From Camelus ferus (taxonomy: Eukaryota): DNA of 64,000 bases. The position numbers were made by a program, and so were the translations under genes. The stretch is taken from assembly GCF_009834535.1 (NCBI RefSeq), contig NC_045697.1:114330001-114394000 (forward strand). Reading direction: 5' to 3'. This document shows, one piece after another, positions 1 through 13,235 of this stretch (position 1 is its first letter; every line of letters begins with the position of its first letter). The notes below the pieces were generated by a model. It worked only from the letters and a program-made list of their open reading frames with translations. It did no database searches and was not told the DNA's origin.

Positions 1-1792
1 CTAGGAGTTCCCATTCCACTTTTATGCATTTCAATAAGCATTGGCATAATACAAGCTACAGTTTGATCAAGGTGTGTTACATTCATTATCCTGTCTCTGG
101 ATCAGTTTCAGTGCCAGCTTCTCTGATTTTTATTTCATCCTTATTGATAAATACTTGTCTTCAGTGTGTTCTCTGAAAGAGTTAAATGGACATCCTCTCT
201 CCATGTTCATTCAAGACTCTCTTTATTTTGTCATTGAGAAAAATCATCACTAGGTATATTTTGAATTATTATCTCACAATTATTGAGCCAAATTACATGT
301 GTGATAAAAGCTTTTTGGTTTTCAAAAGCCAACAACATGAGGTGATGCATTGTCAGGATTATTTAGAGGTTAATGGCTACTTCTGAACACAAGGATTTTG
401 TTCAGTTGACCATTTCCCTCTTATTTTCTCAGGTAAAATTGACACTCAAAAGAAAATAAAGTATCATACAAAAAACATAGTTTGTAAGTCATAAAATAAT
501 CTATATGCATTCCTATCCAATACAATAAGAGAATATATGTGATATAACTATTATCAGATAAATAATGATCTTCCTCTTTAAAATATTATATGCACTATCA
601 TTTAGAAACAGTAAAAAAAAATAGTTTTCTCATTTTTTATTCAGCCTCAATCAATATGATCATCTGTCCATCATATGTTCAAAAGAAGAATAGCACTGAA
701 ATTTTAAAACTTGTTAGCCCTAAAGAGTCGATCCTTAAAATTTTGTCATACTGATTATCTTTAAATGTATCACATTTGGCCATTTTAAAATTTAAAATTA
801 TAAAGGTTATTATAAAGTAGTTGATTCAGAAAAAACTGAAAATCACACCCTTCTTTCTCTATCTTTTTCCTTTAAAACCAATCAATGAATAGAAGTCAGT
901 TGTTGATGTTATGAACTTATTTCATAATTTCTTTCTTATTATAAGTTCTTTTCTTATTATTAAACATTTTATGTTTCAACATAAAATAAAATAAAATAAA
1001 AGTTAATGCTGTTTCTCAGTTTCGAAATAAATATATAGACTTTGCTTAATTTTGTTAGGCATCTTTGATGCTTAATTTTAAATTTTTAATCCATCCTTTT
1101 AGTTTATTATGAAATATGACAAATATGGTGTTTGAGAGCTGCTTCATACTTGTGTCCAACTGGTGATAAAAAGACTCTGAAAAGTCTTATGTCTCATGGC
1201 ATTGTTGCAGAAGGAGCTTATAAGGTAGAAGAGTTGTCCCATGCTTCATGGCCCTTCCTTCTCTTCCTCTTCAGCTTCAGGTCCAGATTGCCTTCTCAGC
1301 TCATTCTCTTGGCTGTGGGCACCTGCCTCTGCATGAGACCACAAGGGGTGACTCACAGCCACACTTCACTTCCCTTTTCTTTAGTTTCCATAAAGCTAGC
1401 ACACAGTGCTGTACGGACAAACCAGGTATTATTAAAGGGTTAGATTTACTAAAGAGGATTATAAATTGATTACAAAAAGCGAAACCCTGAACTGTAAGTT
1501 GGACATTTCCCATAAACCAAAGCAGAAGCTTGCAGAGAGTCAGTTTGATTCCTCTGTGGATTTCCCTGGTCACCAGTACTGCTTATTCTACCTGCTCTCT
1601 GGGGCTCTAGGAAACTTCCTCCTTCTTCTCGGGTTCATTTTGTTAATCTTCACTCTATGGCTGGTGAGCTTCATTTCACAGGATTGTCCAGAGTGAACAG
1701 TGGACACCGCAAGGCTGAAGTTCCTTAGAGTACCTCTTCATTAACAGATGGGGCTTTATTCTTTAGAATGTCCAGGACTCAGAGTTTAATCC

Positions 1793-1793
<1 letters not shown>

Positions 1794-1841
<48 letters not shown>
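1794..1841. repeat. (CA)n microsatellite, about 24 units
   Basis: Perfect AC run seen directly. Confidence 0.98.
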
Positions 1842-1842
<1 letters not shown>

Positions 1843-3807
1843 AGATACCAGTAGGCTCCTATATCCACAGACATTCCTGCCAAGATCTAATTTGCAGCAC
1901 AAATTCTCTCACAACCCTGTTCAGATTAGGCACACCCTCCCATGGCTCTGTAGAAATAGGGGGGAAAAACCCAAAATTCTTGTAATTACTGTTTCTTGGC
2001 AACATACTAGAGAAGAATGGAAATTTCCTTGTCATGATCATTATTATTCCCTTTACTTGTCTCCCAGGAGGAGTATATGAGGTCACTTTTTTATTTCCAT
2101 TCCATTTTCCAATACTAAATTATCATCAATAAGGTCTAGGCAGGGAATGAAATAGATGGTTTTTTTATGTACTACAAAATATGTTAGCATTAATAAAAGC
2201 ACAACTGCTTGTTAAGTGGTAGACTGATTCCATTAAATAAAGAACTATTTGGGGAGTTCCATTTTATCTGCATAGTCAATTTGTGTAATAATATTACTTC
2301 TTCTTAAGCAAGAAAATTTTTCGTAATGTATGTTTTTACTAAGACAAAATGGTAGTAAAACAGTTAGCTAGAAGACACTAGTAGACTATTTTCTGAAGAT
2401 TCTTACAGCATTAAACATGTTTATTTGGGTAACTATAAGCAAATGGCATGCTGTAATCAGGTATACTGTTATAAAATTGATATGATTGCTTTTTGAGAGT
2501 TTAAATATGTTAAATTTCATTTAAAAAGAGTCACATACCCTCAAATATTAAGTTTACTGAGAGAATCCTATTCTCATAACTGTGGAAATCTAGTTTTTAT
2601 GTTTCCTGAATACAGAAGTAGAAAGACTGATAAATAATCTCTCAAATAATGCTGTTTTTATTTTTTCCTTACTTTTGGGGGGAGTTGAAGTTAAGCCTAG
2701 ATTAAACTATTCCATTAGAAAATAGAGTTTTAAAAAGAGAAACAAATAAAAAATTTGACCCATCTTCTTTATAAAAATGAATATACAATATAAATTTTTA
2801 CTTTGTTCCAAATTATACAGTACATCTACAGGCATTTAATGTTTGTACATTTAATTAAATGCAAACACAAGCTACAATCTCTTATTAAATATATTCAGTG
2901 ACCAGTAATTTAAAAGTTTCCTTTTGACCATTACCATTGAACCCATCCCTACATTAACAACAAGTAAAAGTACTATTTATACTACACAAATTTTAATTTC
3001 TGAATCAAATAGGAAATGTTCCTGACTAAAAATTGTGTGGCATGAACAGATTCAATTACAGCTCAGCTTACTGATCTTGGAAGAAGCAGATGAGGATAAA
3101 AGGAAAACCTCTTCTAAATTTAATTTGTAAGACTGACAACTTGCTAAGCAAAAATATTTTATTTTCTCATAGAACAAAAGGAAATTTAGTTGGTAGATAT
3201 TGAAACATCCACATTGATTTGAGATACACATGGTTACCCTATTTTATTTTTCAGTAAAGCACATTTCAAAAAGTTAGTAGATATCCATAATCTGTCAGGA
3301 TAATCAAAGATCACAAAAAAATTTGAATCAAAATTTATTTACTTGAATAACTATATTTAAAATAGAATGGAAAACGAAGTCCAGATAGAAAAGAGAACTT
3401 GTCCAATGTTTCAGAAGTCATTATTTCACTGAAACTTGATTACAGCTTTCCTTTGATACTAAAATGTTGTTTCAAGATGACATATCTTTTATCTATTTCT
3501 ATGGTAAATGATAAAAAAATGAAACTGCTTAGAAATGTTCTATTGTCATTGTAAAAGGAACTTTAAATAACTTTATGTTATTGGCACCTAAATTTTACCT
3601 CTTTTGTTGGATGGAAATCTCATAAATCCTCAAACTCATAAAATATACCTTTATTAAAGTGCTCATATAGTTTATAATGCTTAAAAGAAAAAATTATATT
3701 TCTCATCCATTAAAATGAATTTACAATAACATTATTTAATTTTCAAAGATCTGTTTGTATTTTCCCATTGAATTTACAATGTGGATTAGTGAACAGATGG
3801 AAAACAA

Positions 3808-3965
3808 TGTGTCAGCGGGGCTCATCAGTTGTTGCAGAGGTACCATCTGATGTGGAATGTGGATAACAGAGAGGGCTGTGCATGTGCAGGGCAGGGGGTT
3901 TATGGGAAATCTCTGTACCTTCCTCTTAGCTTTGCTGTGAACATAAAACTGCTCAAAAAATAACT
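3808..3965 (+). mobile_element. Old L1 3' end fragment (L1MC/L1MB-like)
   Basis: tatgggaaatctctgtacc...tttgctgtgaacataaaactgctcaaaaaataa resembles the recalled L1MC-type 3' terminus. Confidence 0.7.
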
Positions 3966-4640
3966 CATAAAATAATAGATGATCTTAAAATTAATACGTG
4001 TATATTTACATATTTATATTTTTTCCTTTCACTTGGAAACTAGTAGTTTTTTGGCTTGGTTTTTCCTTATTTGTTTGCTTTGCAATAGATACTTATATCC
4101 TCCCAAGTTCCATTTCTTCTGTTTTGAAATGAGAGTCATAGTGTTTTCATCAATAATTTTCACTTACCTAGCATAAAACTTCTAGTAGTACAATGTTCAG
4201 CTTCAAATCTGAAATCCTTCCAAATCTCTGCGGCTGCTACAGTCAAGTGCAAGCAAGAAAATGAAAATTAGTGTTGAATCAAAATGTATGGACAGTAGGC
4301 CCAGTATTCTGGCTAATGAGCCGAATCCATCATTTCAGAGGAAGGGTTAGACTTGTGAGAATCTGGCCCAAAGGGGACATAGAAGGTTAACAATTGAAGA
4401 TGATTTGGAGAGCAGCAAACTTTCTGTACTAAGTTTTCATATGAAGAGTTGATTGAGGTCATTTATTAAGGATCCCAGGGTAGGAAAATCTTGATTTTTG
4501 AAATATATTCTTTACAAAAAGTTAATTTAAATATATTTAAAGAAAACTAGAATGAATTTTAAATAAAGAAGTGAGGTTGTATTAAATAAATAAAACAGAA
4601 ATAAAATGGAAAATATCCCCTATAAGAAACTGTTTCATAG

Positions 4641-4918
4641 TTTTTAATTTTTTATTGAAGTAGAGTTGATTTATAATTGTTAGTTTAAGGTACACAGCAA
4701 AGCGGTTCAGTTACACATATATATTTTCTTTTCAGAGTCTTCTCTATTTTATGTTGCTACAGGAAATTGAATATAATTCCCTGTGCTATACAGTAGGTCC
4801 TTGTTGTTTATCTATTTTATATATAGTAATGTGTATCTGTTTAATCTCTAACCCCTAATTTATCTTTCCCTGCCCTTTCCCCTTTGGTAACCATAGTTTG
4901 TTTTCTATGTCCGTGAGT
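4641..4918 (-). mobile_element. L1 3' UTR fragment (cetartiodactyl-type)
   Basis: T-rich tail then ttattgaagtagagttgattta...ccctgtgctatacagtagg...cctttggtaaccatagtttgttttctatgtccgtgagt. Homologous to the other L1 3' ends in the window. Confidence 0.9.
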
Positions 4919-5529
4919 TCTAGAAAAAAAAAAAAGCAAATATTTTAGATTTAGATGCTTAATATTTCCTATTTCTCATTTGCTGTAAATGGGTTCAGAA
5001 AAGTATTACATACCTGGAAAAGTCTCAAAGCAACTCATTTATAATTCCTTTGACACTGTATTCTAGAACCAAAGTTTCCAATAGAATATGGATCCATTAT
5101 AATTCTCAAAGGAATATTAGCCTCATACAAAGCTCCTCTGTTGTATAATTCAATATGTGCAAACACAAGAAAAGAATTGATGCCACAAAACACAGAAACT
5201 GAATAAGATTGGCATGAATCTTATTTACAGTCATGAAGAAGATTGACATCAAATAACAAAAGCATTCATCTTGCAAAAGCAGAATAGAGCTCATGTACAC
5301 ACGATAGGACAATGCAGGCACTCACACAACACAATTCCAACCAATGCTGATTTAGAACATTCTCAGCTGAAAATACTCCTAATTTCTCATGCAAAAGGAA
5401 TATATGAAAAAATAAAATACTAGTTTTACATCTACATATAGGGAGAGGTGACTATCGTGTTACTGGCAGGTCACACAGGAGCCCATCGCCACTTTCTCTG
5501 AAGCCTCTGCATGATGCAGATCATTTGAG

Positions 5530-5645
5530 ACCCCCTCCATCACTGCATCTCCTGGACCTGTAATTCCTTGGAAGGCAGTTTTAATCACTGGCCAACCACT
5601 GTCCCCCAACTTCAGTATAAATGCCTGTGGAAATAAATGAATAGT
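5530..5645 (+). mobile_element. L2 3' end relic
   Basis: ctgtaattccttggaaggcag...ataaatgcctgtggaaataaatgaat resembles an L2 3' terminus. Confidence 0.45.
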
Positions 5646-6239
5646 TACACATAGAAGAGTAAGATTTTGTTTGCTTTAATTTCAAGTTGGAAGGAAACCA
5701 TTGCTTCTATATCGTTCAAAACATTCTTATAATTCAGAATTGCTTTGCTTAAAATATCTATTTTTGTTCTTCCTTTCAAATTTTTAAATCACTGACAAGA
5801 TGAAAAAGGAGACAAATCACATATCACTGAACATGATGAAGTGGTAATTGCTAGCTTTTTAAAGACTGCTGGGCTAGAAAGATCAGGTCTGAGGGCAGAG
5901 TCATTCAGAAGTGTGCGTTTAAAACCCACGGAGCTGAAAATCTGACACGCTTAGCATCATAAACTATTCTCAACTGTCTCTGCCTCTTGGCCCCACACTT
6001 CTCAACATTCACCTCCAGGAAAGTGATGGGTAGAGGACAATAAAACATTCATTTTAAGAGAGTTATTGAGGGGAGCTTATAAAAATAGAGAGGATGGGAT
6101 CCAGTGGACACTAAAACTTTCTTCAACTGAAATTTTATAAACACACTTTGGTGTTATGGCCACACACCTTCACAGGATATTAAAGGACAACTTCAAAGGG
6201 GACAGCGGGGTCCAGGGTTATTTAAAGTAAACCATGGAA

Positions 6240-6311
6240 GACACAAATGGACTTCTTTACAAAGCAGAAACAGACTCACAGACATAGAAAACACACTTAT
6301 GGTTACCAGGG
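6240..6311 (+). mobile_element. Short L1 3' UTR fragment
   Basis: acaaatggacttctttacaaagcagaaacagactcacagacatagaaaacacacttatggttacc is close to L1 sequence at 31621-31685. Confidence 0.8.
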
Positions 6312-6849
6312 TCTGGTAACTTCCAGTGATAGTCTACTAGGTTTTAGGGTTTGTCTTTTTAATATTGCCCTGGGCATTATTACAATGAGGTACCCTTCTC
6401 ATTCCTGTGTGACACACGATGGAGATTAATATGTAGTATGTCATGGTAGGAATCTAAGCAGTCATGCAGCTAAATCCTAGAAGGACAGGAGATATATTCG
6501 CAGGAAGCATGAACAGTTTTCTTTCCTAGTGGTGGAAGGATTTCAGTGCCTTGAAGTTCTCTTCTGGTCAAACCTTCCCTCTCCACAATTATTAACCAGG
6601 AAGAGGAACAAGAGGAAGACAGAGAAAGTATTATGTATATTCATATATGTAATAGACTGTTACAAATGCCATTTCCAATAAATTATTTGAAACAGAAAAG
6701 AATAAAGTGCACAGATGGTTAGAATTATCTGATTCTTCTTCCCAGGCTCCACTGTGTACCTCCATTTCTCTTCCTTTCTCTACTAGTACCCGTTACTCTT
6801 TCTTATATTGATGCATGAGTCCTGCGTGATAGACGCCTTCAGTTATATT

Positions 6850-7470
6850 GAGCATGTCCCAGTCCTTATCTCCCTCTTTTTTCTGAGCTCAAATCCAAAC
6901 AAATCCACATGCACAGAGTTTGATAAATTAACTTATATGCTCCCACGAATGGCATCTTAAATTCAAAAGACGCCCACATTTTCATCACCCCATCCAAGCT
7001 ATGGTCACTCCGGGATTTCCTCTATGAGGTAAGCACCAATTGTCCAAGCTTAGATGTTTACACTTAGCGCATTCTTCCCCTGCCCTAAACAGACAATTCG
7101 TTATCAATGGGACAATTCTATTTAACCAAATATCGCTCAAAAAATACCCTTCTCATCCACATTTGTACTAATTGTTTCATCCTTCAGCATTGATTGCCTA
7201 GATTATCGTGAGTCTCCTAATTAATATTTCTGTTTCAAAACTCCTCCACTTAATTTCTGATTTTTCACAAGGTGATATTTCTAAATTTGGAAATTGTTGC
7301 TGTCTTGCTGTAGGTGTCTCCATGGCTCTCTCTGACTTTGGGGATCAAGCTGGGCTTCTGAGGATCTGTTCCCTGCTTCCCCTTCGTGCATAATTCTAAT
7401 TGCTGTCCTGTTTCCTATTTCTTTCACTTTCCATCCTCATAAATTTTTGACTCAACACGCATGGAACTTG
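6850..7470 (+). mobile_element. Degraded L2 fragment
   Basis: Pyrimidine-rich L2-like motifs (ggcatcttaaattcaa, gcctagattatcgtgagtctcctaa). Highly diverged. Confidence 0.4.
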
Positions 7471-7494
7471 CCTTGCATTGTTTTAAACCATGGT

Positions 7495-7945
7495 TTTATT
7501 TTAGTTATTTTTAAAAATTATTATTTATTAAAAATTTGGGGGGAGAGGAGGTAATTTATTCATTTATTTTATTATCATGTTTTGTTTTGGAGGGAGGGAG
7601 GTAATTAAGGTTTTTTAATTGAAGTATAGGCTGTTTACAATGTTGTGGCAATTTCTGGTGTAGAGCATTATGTTTCAGTCATGCATACACATATATATAT
7701 TTGTTTTCATGTTCTTTTCCATTATTAGGTTACTACAAGATATTGAATATAGTTCCCTGTGCTGTACAGTAGAAATGCGTTGTTTATCTGTTGCACATAT
7801 AGTAGTTAGTATCTGAAAATTTCAAACTCCCAGTTTATCCCTTCCCACCCCCATGATTATTATATTTGAATGGAGGTACTGAGGATTGAACGCAGGACCT
7901 TATGCATGCTAAGCATGCACTTTACCACTAAGCTGTACCCTCCCC
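7495..7945 (-). mobile_element. tRNA-derived SINE (Vic-1-like), interrupted by an L1 3' fragment
   Basis: Head at 7871-7945 reads on the minus strand ggggagggtacagcttagtggtaaagtgcatgcttagcatgcataaggtcctgcgttcaatcctcagtacctcca (A/B boxes, tRNA-Ala-like). Tail motif ggaggtaatt at 7547 and 7597. Confidence 0.85.
7611..7852 (-). mobile_element. L1 3' UTR fragment nested in SINE
   Basis: ttttttaattgaagtatagg...gttccctgtgctgtacagtag...aactcccagtttatcccttcccacc. Same family as 24448-25252 and 50596-51458. Confidence 0.9.
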
Positions 7946-8781
7946 TCTTTTAACCACGATTATAAAAATGCTACTCTCTTTTCCGTGGACACTTCTTCAT
8001 CTCCTTTCTTTAGTTCAAGTTTTGCAAAATGAAGACATCACCTTTTTCAGAAAACCTTCTCATCATTTGTTTCTACTTGCTTCTCTGCTGAAACTGTAAT
8101 GACCAGGGGAGGCCAACGCCGTGGTGGGCAGCGGGAGGGGCATGAGGGGGAAATGCACATACTGTCTACACACAGCAGACAACGTATTTGATTAGAGAAA
8201 AATTCCACTTGATTTCATGGAAAGCTGTGGGGTCCGAGTCAGGGACAGAGCTGTCTGGGACCAAATGAAAACGCTGAGAAAACTGTTCAGCAGTTTAACA
8301 GGTTGATCATTCAGTAAAATGAATAAGGTGAAATGGTATTTCGCAAATTGGCCAGCCTTTCTTTGTTCAAAACTCCCTTACAAAACTACTGAAGCAGAAT
8401 CACACATGTCTACCTGGGGCTAGGACTCAATCTGATTCTGGCTGAATTTAAATTAGGAGCAGATACGTTCGCACATCATCTCTCTTTCTCTAATTTTGAC
8501 TCCCTATGTGTGAAAAATGAACAATAATTCAAATTATTTGAAAATGTATTGAGACAAAAAATAACTGAAGACCATGATTATGTCAAAATATAGTCTTATG
8601 ATGTAAATAAAGAAAGCAGTTGTCAAACACTGTTTATAAATTCAGCAAAAGCAGGCTCTCTCACCAGGATAAACCCTCAGTCACTATAAATTTCACATTT
8701 GATTCAGTACAGTAGCATTATATTTGCTTCCTTGTTCAACATCATTATAGGCAGGCAATGTCTCTGACAATCAGAATATCT

Positions 8782-8884
8782 TTTTTAAATTTATGTGTTT
8801 ATTTTTAATTGGAGGTACTGGGGATTGAACACAGAACCTCATGCATTCTAAGCATGTGCTTTACCAGCAAGCTATACCCTCCCC
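8782..8884 (-). mobile_element. tRNA-derived SINE (Vic-1-like) with TSD
   Basis: ggaggtactggggattgaacacagaacctcatgcattctaagcatgtgctttaccagcaagctataccctcccc. TSD agaatatct at 8773-8781 and 8886-8894. Confidence 0.9.
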
Positions 8885-9484
8885 GAGAATATCTCTTGAA
8901 AACATTTCATTTCTCTTTAGTTTTTAAACTAAAAAATCTTGTACATATGATGCAAAAGATTAATTATACTTTCATTGTACTTTAATGCTTTTCTTCATCC
9001 AGACACAGACACAATAAAAATTACTGAAAATCTTTTCTTTCTTTGTTTTGATTTCTTGCCAGAGCATTGATTGACTTTTGATAGGTCAGAATTTCTTAGT
9101 TGTAATAACTTCCTTCATTGGTAGCCTTTCGAGGATATCAGCTCCCAGATGAACTGTTTTATCTATATAGTTACTTCATAAATTAGCTAACTATTTATGT
9201 GTAACTAATGTACTTTTCATGTTTATGATAATGAAAAGAATGACAGTATATTTCAGTCTTTATAAAATATGATGTTTTTAGTAACAATCATTGGTGACAG
9301 CAGTAGAGTTAAAACTTCTGTTCATATTTTCTTCTAGCTTATTTTTGTGGGCATAGTATATATACATTTAGTTATTTTTTCAGAACTGGGCTCAGATTAT
9401 TTGAGTTTAATTTTTTCAGTAGTCATCACATCAAAATCGTCCATGTCACCAAATAGTTTTTTTTAGTTTGAATCCATTATAGAA

Positions 9485-9706
9485 GCAGAGTAGTTTAGCA
9501 CACGGTCGAACCAGATAGCCTGTGTGTGCGTCCTTGACCCTACGACTCACTTTTTTACTTTGGGTGGATTACTTAACCAGTTTGGGCTCCTTTTTTCTCA
9601 GCTATGAAGTGGGGTGGTAATGGAAATTAAATGAGTTAATATATATCAAGTGCATAGAAAGTGCTTAGAACATTACCCGGTACACACAGTCACTATTATC
9701 ATTATT
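9485..9706 (+). mobile_element. MIR SINE
   Basis: ttacttaacc...ttttctcagctatgaagtgggg...attaaatgagttaatatatatcaagtgc...ttagaaca matches the MIR core and 3' motifs. Confidence 0.8.
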
Positions 9707-10850
9707 CCCATGATTTAGGGAATCTTTCTCCTTGAATATTCAAATGCCTCCAAGGACTGAAGTATTGACTTTTCAAAATTTTATTCGAATCATGAAGTTT
9801 GTCTTTTCACAGATGCGCCGAATTACATTCCTCTCAATGCTTGCTGTCACTGAATCTTATGAAGATAATGTCTTTTTCAAAAAATATGTTTGTATATTAA
9901 TTATGTATTAGGTAATATTTTCATATATTTTATTTATATATTCTATTTTCCCTTTCAAGTAACTTTTTATATACTAACAATTTTTAATTCTAGATTTAGA
10001 TTTGCTATTATTTAACTTTTACAATGCTCAAAGTCAGTCGAACTATTGTGATACCTGCAAACTTGGATTTTCTTTTTGCTCTTGAGTTTTTTTTTTAAGT
10101 AGTTGCTGTATACACATGGTATGAAATAAATAATTTTGAAGAATTTATAGACTTAATGGCACAGAACAGTTTTGCCCTTTCCCTTTTCCCCAAAACAATT
10201 CACCTTCCTGGAGGAATCTATTTCACGATCCACTTAAGTGAATTTCTAGAGTTTTCTAAATAAGCACAGGCATATTAGAATATGATATTCGTGGGTATAA
10301 ATTTTGCTTTTTCTATTAATTATATTGTAGAGATTTTCATATTGTCTTATGTATCAACCTCTTTAAAAATGTTTATATCCTTTTGCCAAAATGCTGAGAA
10401 TTTAATTTTGATTCCTGACACTTACCCAGACTATAACTCAAGAATGTGTTAAAGATAGGATATGCAATTAGTAACTTTTCTTAAGAAAGATGTATGTGTA
10501 ATTGTCTTTTTATTGTTTTCAGACAGAAACTAAAGCAAGCAAACAAACATGTATAGATACAAAATTTTATGTCACAAGCATGGTCTGTATATTTTACAAT
10601 GTCTTTTAACATTTTATATTCCAGAAAAAACCTTTAAAATAATGTAAGCTTTTATTCCTTTATATATATGTGTGTGTATGTGTTTACACACATACATATA
10701 TGTTTGCATGTTTTGTCTATATTGTATGTGAATATCTTTTCACTAACTTTTCCATTTATTTTGTCTAAAATGTAATGAACTTTCTTTATGTATATAGATA
10801 ATTTTTCAGCTCCAAAAAATAGTTGTTATTCCTATTAAAAATTGCATTAT

Positions 10851-12835
10851 ACTATACATAGGAAATCCTAATGATGCCACCAGATAACTACTAGAGTTTA
10901 TCAAGGAATTTGGTAAATTTGCAGGATACAAAATTCATGTACAGAAATCAGTTGCATTTCTATATCCTAACAATAAAGCTTCAGAAAGAGAAGTCAAAGA
11001 AACAATCCCATTTACCATAACATCAAAAAGAATAAAATACCTAGGAATTTTTGCCACCTAAGGAGGCAAAAGACCTGTACTCTGAAAACTCTAAGACACT
11101 GATGAAAAAATTAAAGATGACACAAACAGATGGAAACATTTACCATGTTCTTGGGTAGGAAAAATCAGTATTGTTAAAATGACCATATTACCCAGAGTAA
11201 TCTACAGATTCAATGCAATCCTTATCAAAATACTAATGGCATTTTTCACAAAACTAGAACAAATAATTATAAAATTTATATGGAAACATAAAGACCCCAA
11301 ATAGCCAAAACAGTTTTGAAAAAGAAGAACAGAGGAGTAATAATGCTTCCTGACTTCAGACTATATAACAAAGCTACAGTCATCAAAACAGTATGATACT
11401 GGCACAAAAACAGACATATAGATGAATGGAACAGAATAGAGAGCCCAGAAATAAACACACACACTTATGGTCAATTAATCCATGAAAAAAAGATCCAAGA
11501 ATGTACAATGGAGAAAAGACAGTCTCTTGAATAAGTGCTCTTGGGAAAACTGGACAGGTTCATGTAAAAGAATGAAATGAGAACATGCTCTAACACTATA
11601 TACAAAAATAAAGTCAAAATGGGTTAAAGATCAAAATGTAAGACTGGATACTCTAAAATTCCTAGAGAAAAACATAGAACACTCTTTGATGTAAATAACA
11701 GCAATTTTTTTTGTTTGATTCATCTCCTAAAGCAAAGGAAATAAAAGCAAAAATAAATAAATGGGACCTAATTAAACTTAAAAGCTTTTATACCGCAAAG
11801 GAAACCACAAGCAAAACAAAAATACAACACACAGAATGGGAGAAAATGTCTGCAAGTGATGCAGCTGACAAGGATTAGTATTCAACATATGTAAATAGTT
11901 CAAACAACTCAACGTCAAAAAAAAAAAAATTAAAAAATAGACTGGAGAACTGAATAGACATTTTTCCAAGGAGAACATGCAGATGGCCAACGGGAACATG
12001 AAAAGATGTTCAGCATTGCTAATTATCAGGGAAATGCAAATCAAAACCACAATGAGATATCATCTCACACCTGTCAGAATGGTTATCATCAAAAAGGAAT
12101 ACAAGTAACAAATGTTGGAAAGGAGGTGGGGAAAAAAGGAATCCTCGTATGCTGTTGGTGGGAATATAAATTGGTGCAGCCACTGTGGAAAGCAGTATTG
12201 AGATTTCTCAAAAAAACTAAACGTAGAGCTACTATATGACCCAGCAATTCCACTCATAGGTATATACCTGAAACAAGAACAAAAACACTAATTCAATGAG
12301 ATACAAGCACACTAATATTCATAGCAACACTATTTACAATTGCCAAGATATGGAAGCACCTAAGTGTCCAATAACAAATGACTGAATAAAGATGATAAAT
12401 GGATAAAGACTATCTATCTATCTATATATCTATCTATCTATCCATCTATAAAATGGAATACTACTCAGCCATAAAGAAGGAATGAAACAATGCCATTTGC
12501 AGCAACATGGATGGACTTGGAGGGCATTATTCTTAGTGAAATAAATCCGAGAATGACAAGTACTGTATAATATGACTTACATGTGGGATCTAAAAAAAAT
12601 ACAAGGAACTAGTGAATATAACAAAAAAAAGCAGACTCACAGATAAAGAACAAATTAATGGTTGCCAGTGGTGGGGGGATGGGCAATATTGGGATCAGAG
12701 AGTGGGAGGCACAAACTATTGGGTGTAAGATAGGCTAAAGGATGTCTTATACAACACAAGGAATACAGCCAATGTTTTGTGATAACTATAAATGGAAAGT
12801 AGCCTTTTAAAAATTGTATTAAAATAGAATAAATA
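10851..12835 (+). mobile_element. 5'-truncated L1 (3' half of ORF2 plus 3' UTR), decayed, L1MA9-like
   Basis: Frameshifted ORF2 (LYIGNPNDATR*LLEFIKEFGKFAGYKI... through [12 protein letters not shown]), 3' UTR and AATAAA at 12828. Imperfect TSD aaaaattgcattat (10837-10850) and aaaaatgcattat (12849-12861). Confidence 0.95.
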
Positions 12836-13053
12836 GCCATTCTTCATGAAAAATGCATTATTTACTGACAATATTCATTTGATCATTCTGGCATCATGAA
12901 TCATATTTGTGCGGCCTGCTCTCTGTCCTTATCTGTCACCTCTCTTCATTTACATTTTATTTTTCCTACATACAAAAAATTTCTCAAACTTTTTCTCAAC
13001 ATCACTCATTTGATATTTGTATTACCCAGTCTGCTCTTATTGCATTGACTGTA

Positions 13054-13235
13054 CAGCTGGCACAACGCAGGGGTTAATCTGAGTATCATTTATAGTTGGT
13101 ACCTGAATGGTATCCACAGTCCCTCTGCATCTGAGGATTCAACCAACCATGGCATGTGTAGAATTTACGATTGAAAAATATCCTCCTCCAAGTCGACCCG
13201 CAGAGTGCAAACCCGAGTTGTTCAAGGATCAGCTA
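13054..13235. mobile_element. TcMar-Tigger non-autonomous DNA transposon (Tigger2a-like)
   Basis: Left ta|cagctg..acaacgcagggg and right aaacccgagttgttcaaggatcagct are degenerate Tigger2 TIRs. Internal ggattcaaccaacc motif. Confidence 0.8.

Noticed and set aside
1130..1700. Cluster of overlapping short ORFs or a possible old LTR
   Set aside because: No protein similarity recognised, and I could not assign a repeat family with confidence.
10851..12835. Active or intact L1 reverse transcriptase
   Set aside because: All L1 copies are truncated with multiple stops and frameshifts. The track ORFs at 40656, 43530, 51016 and 61375 are decayed fragments.
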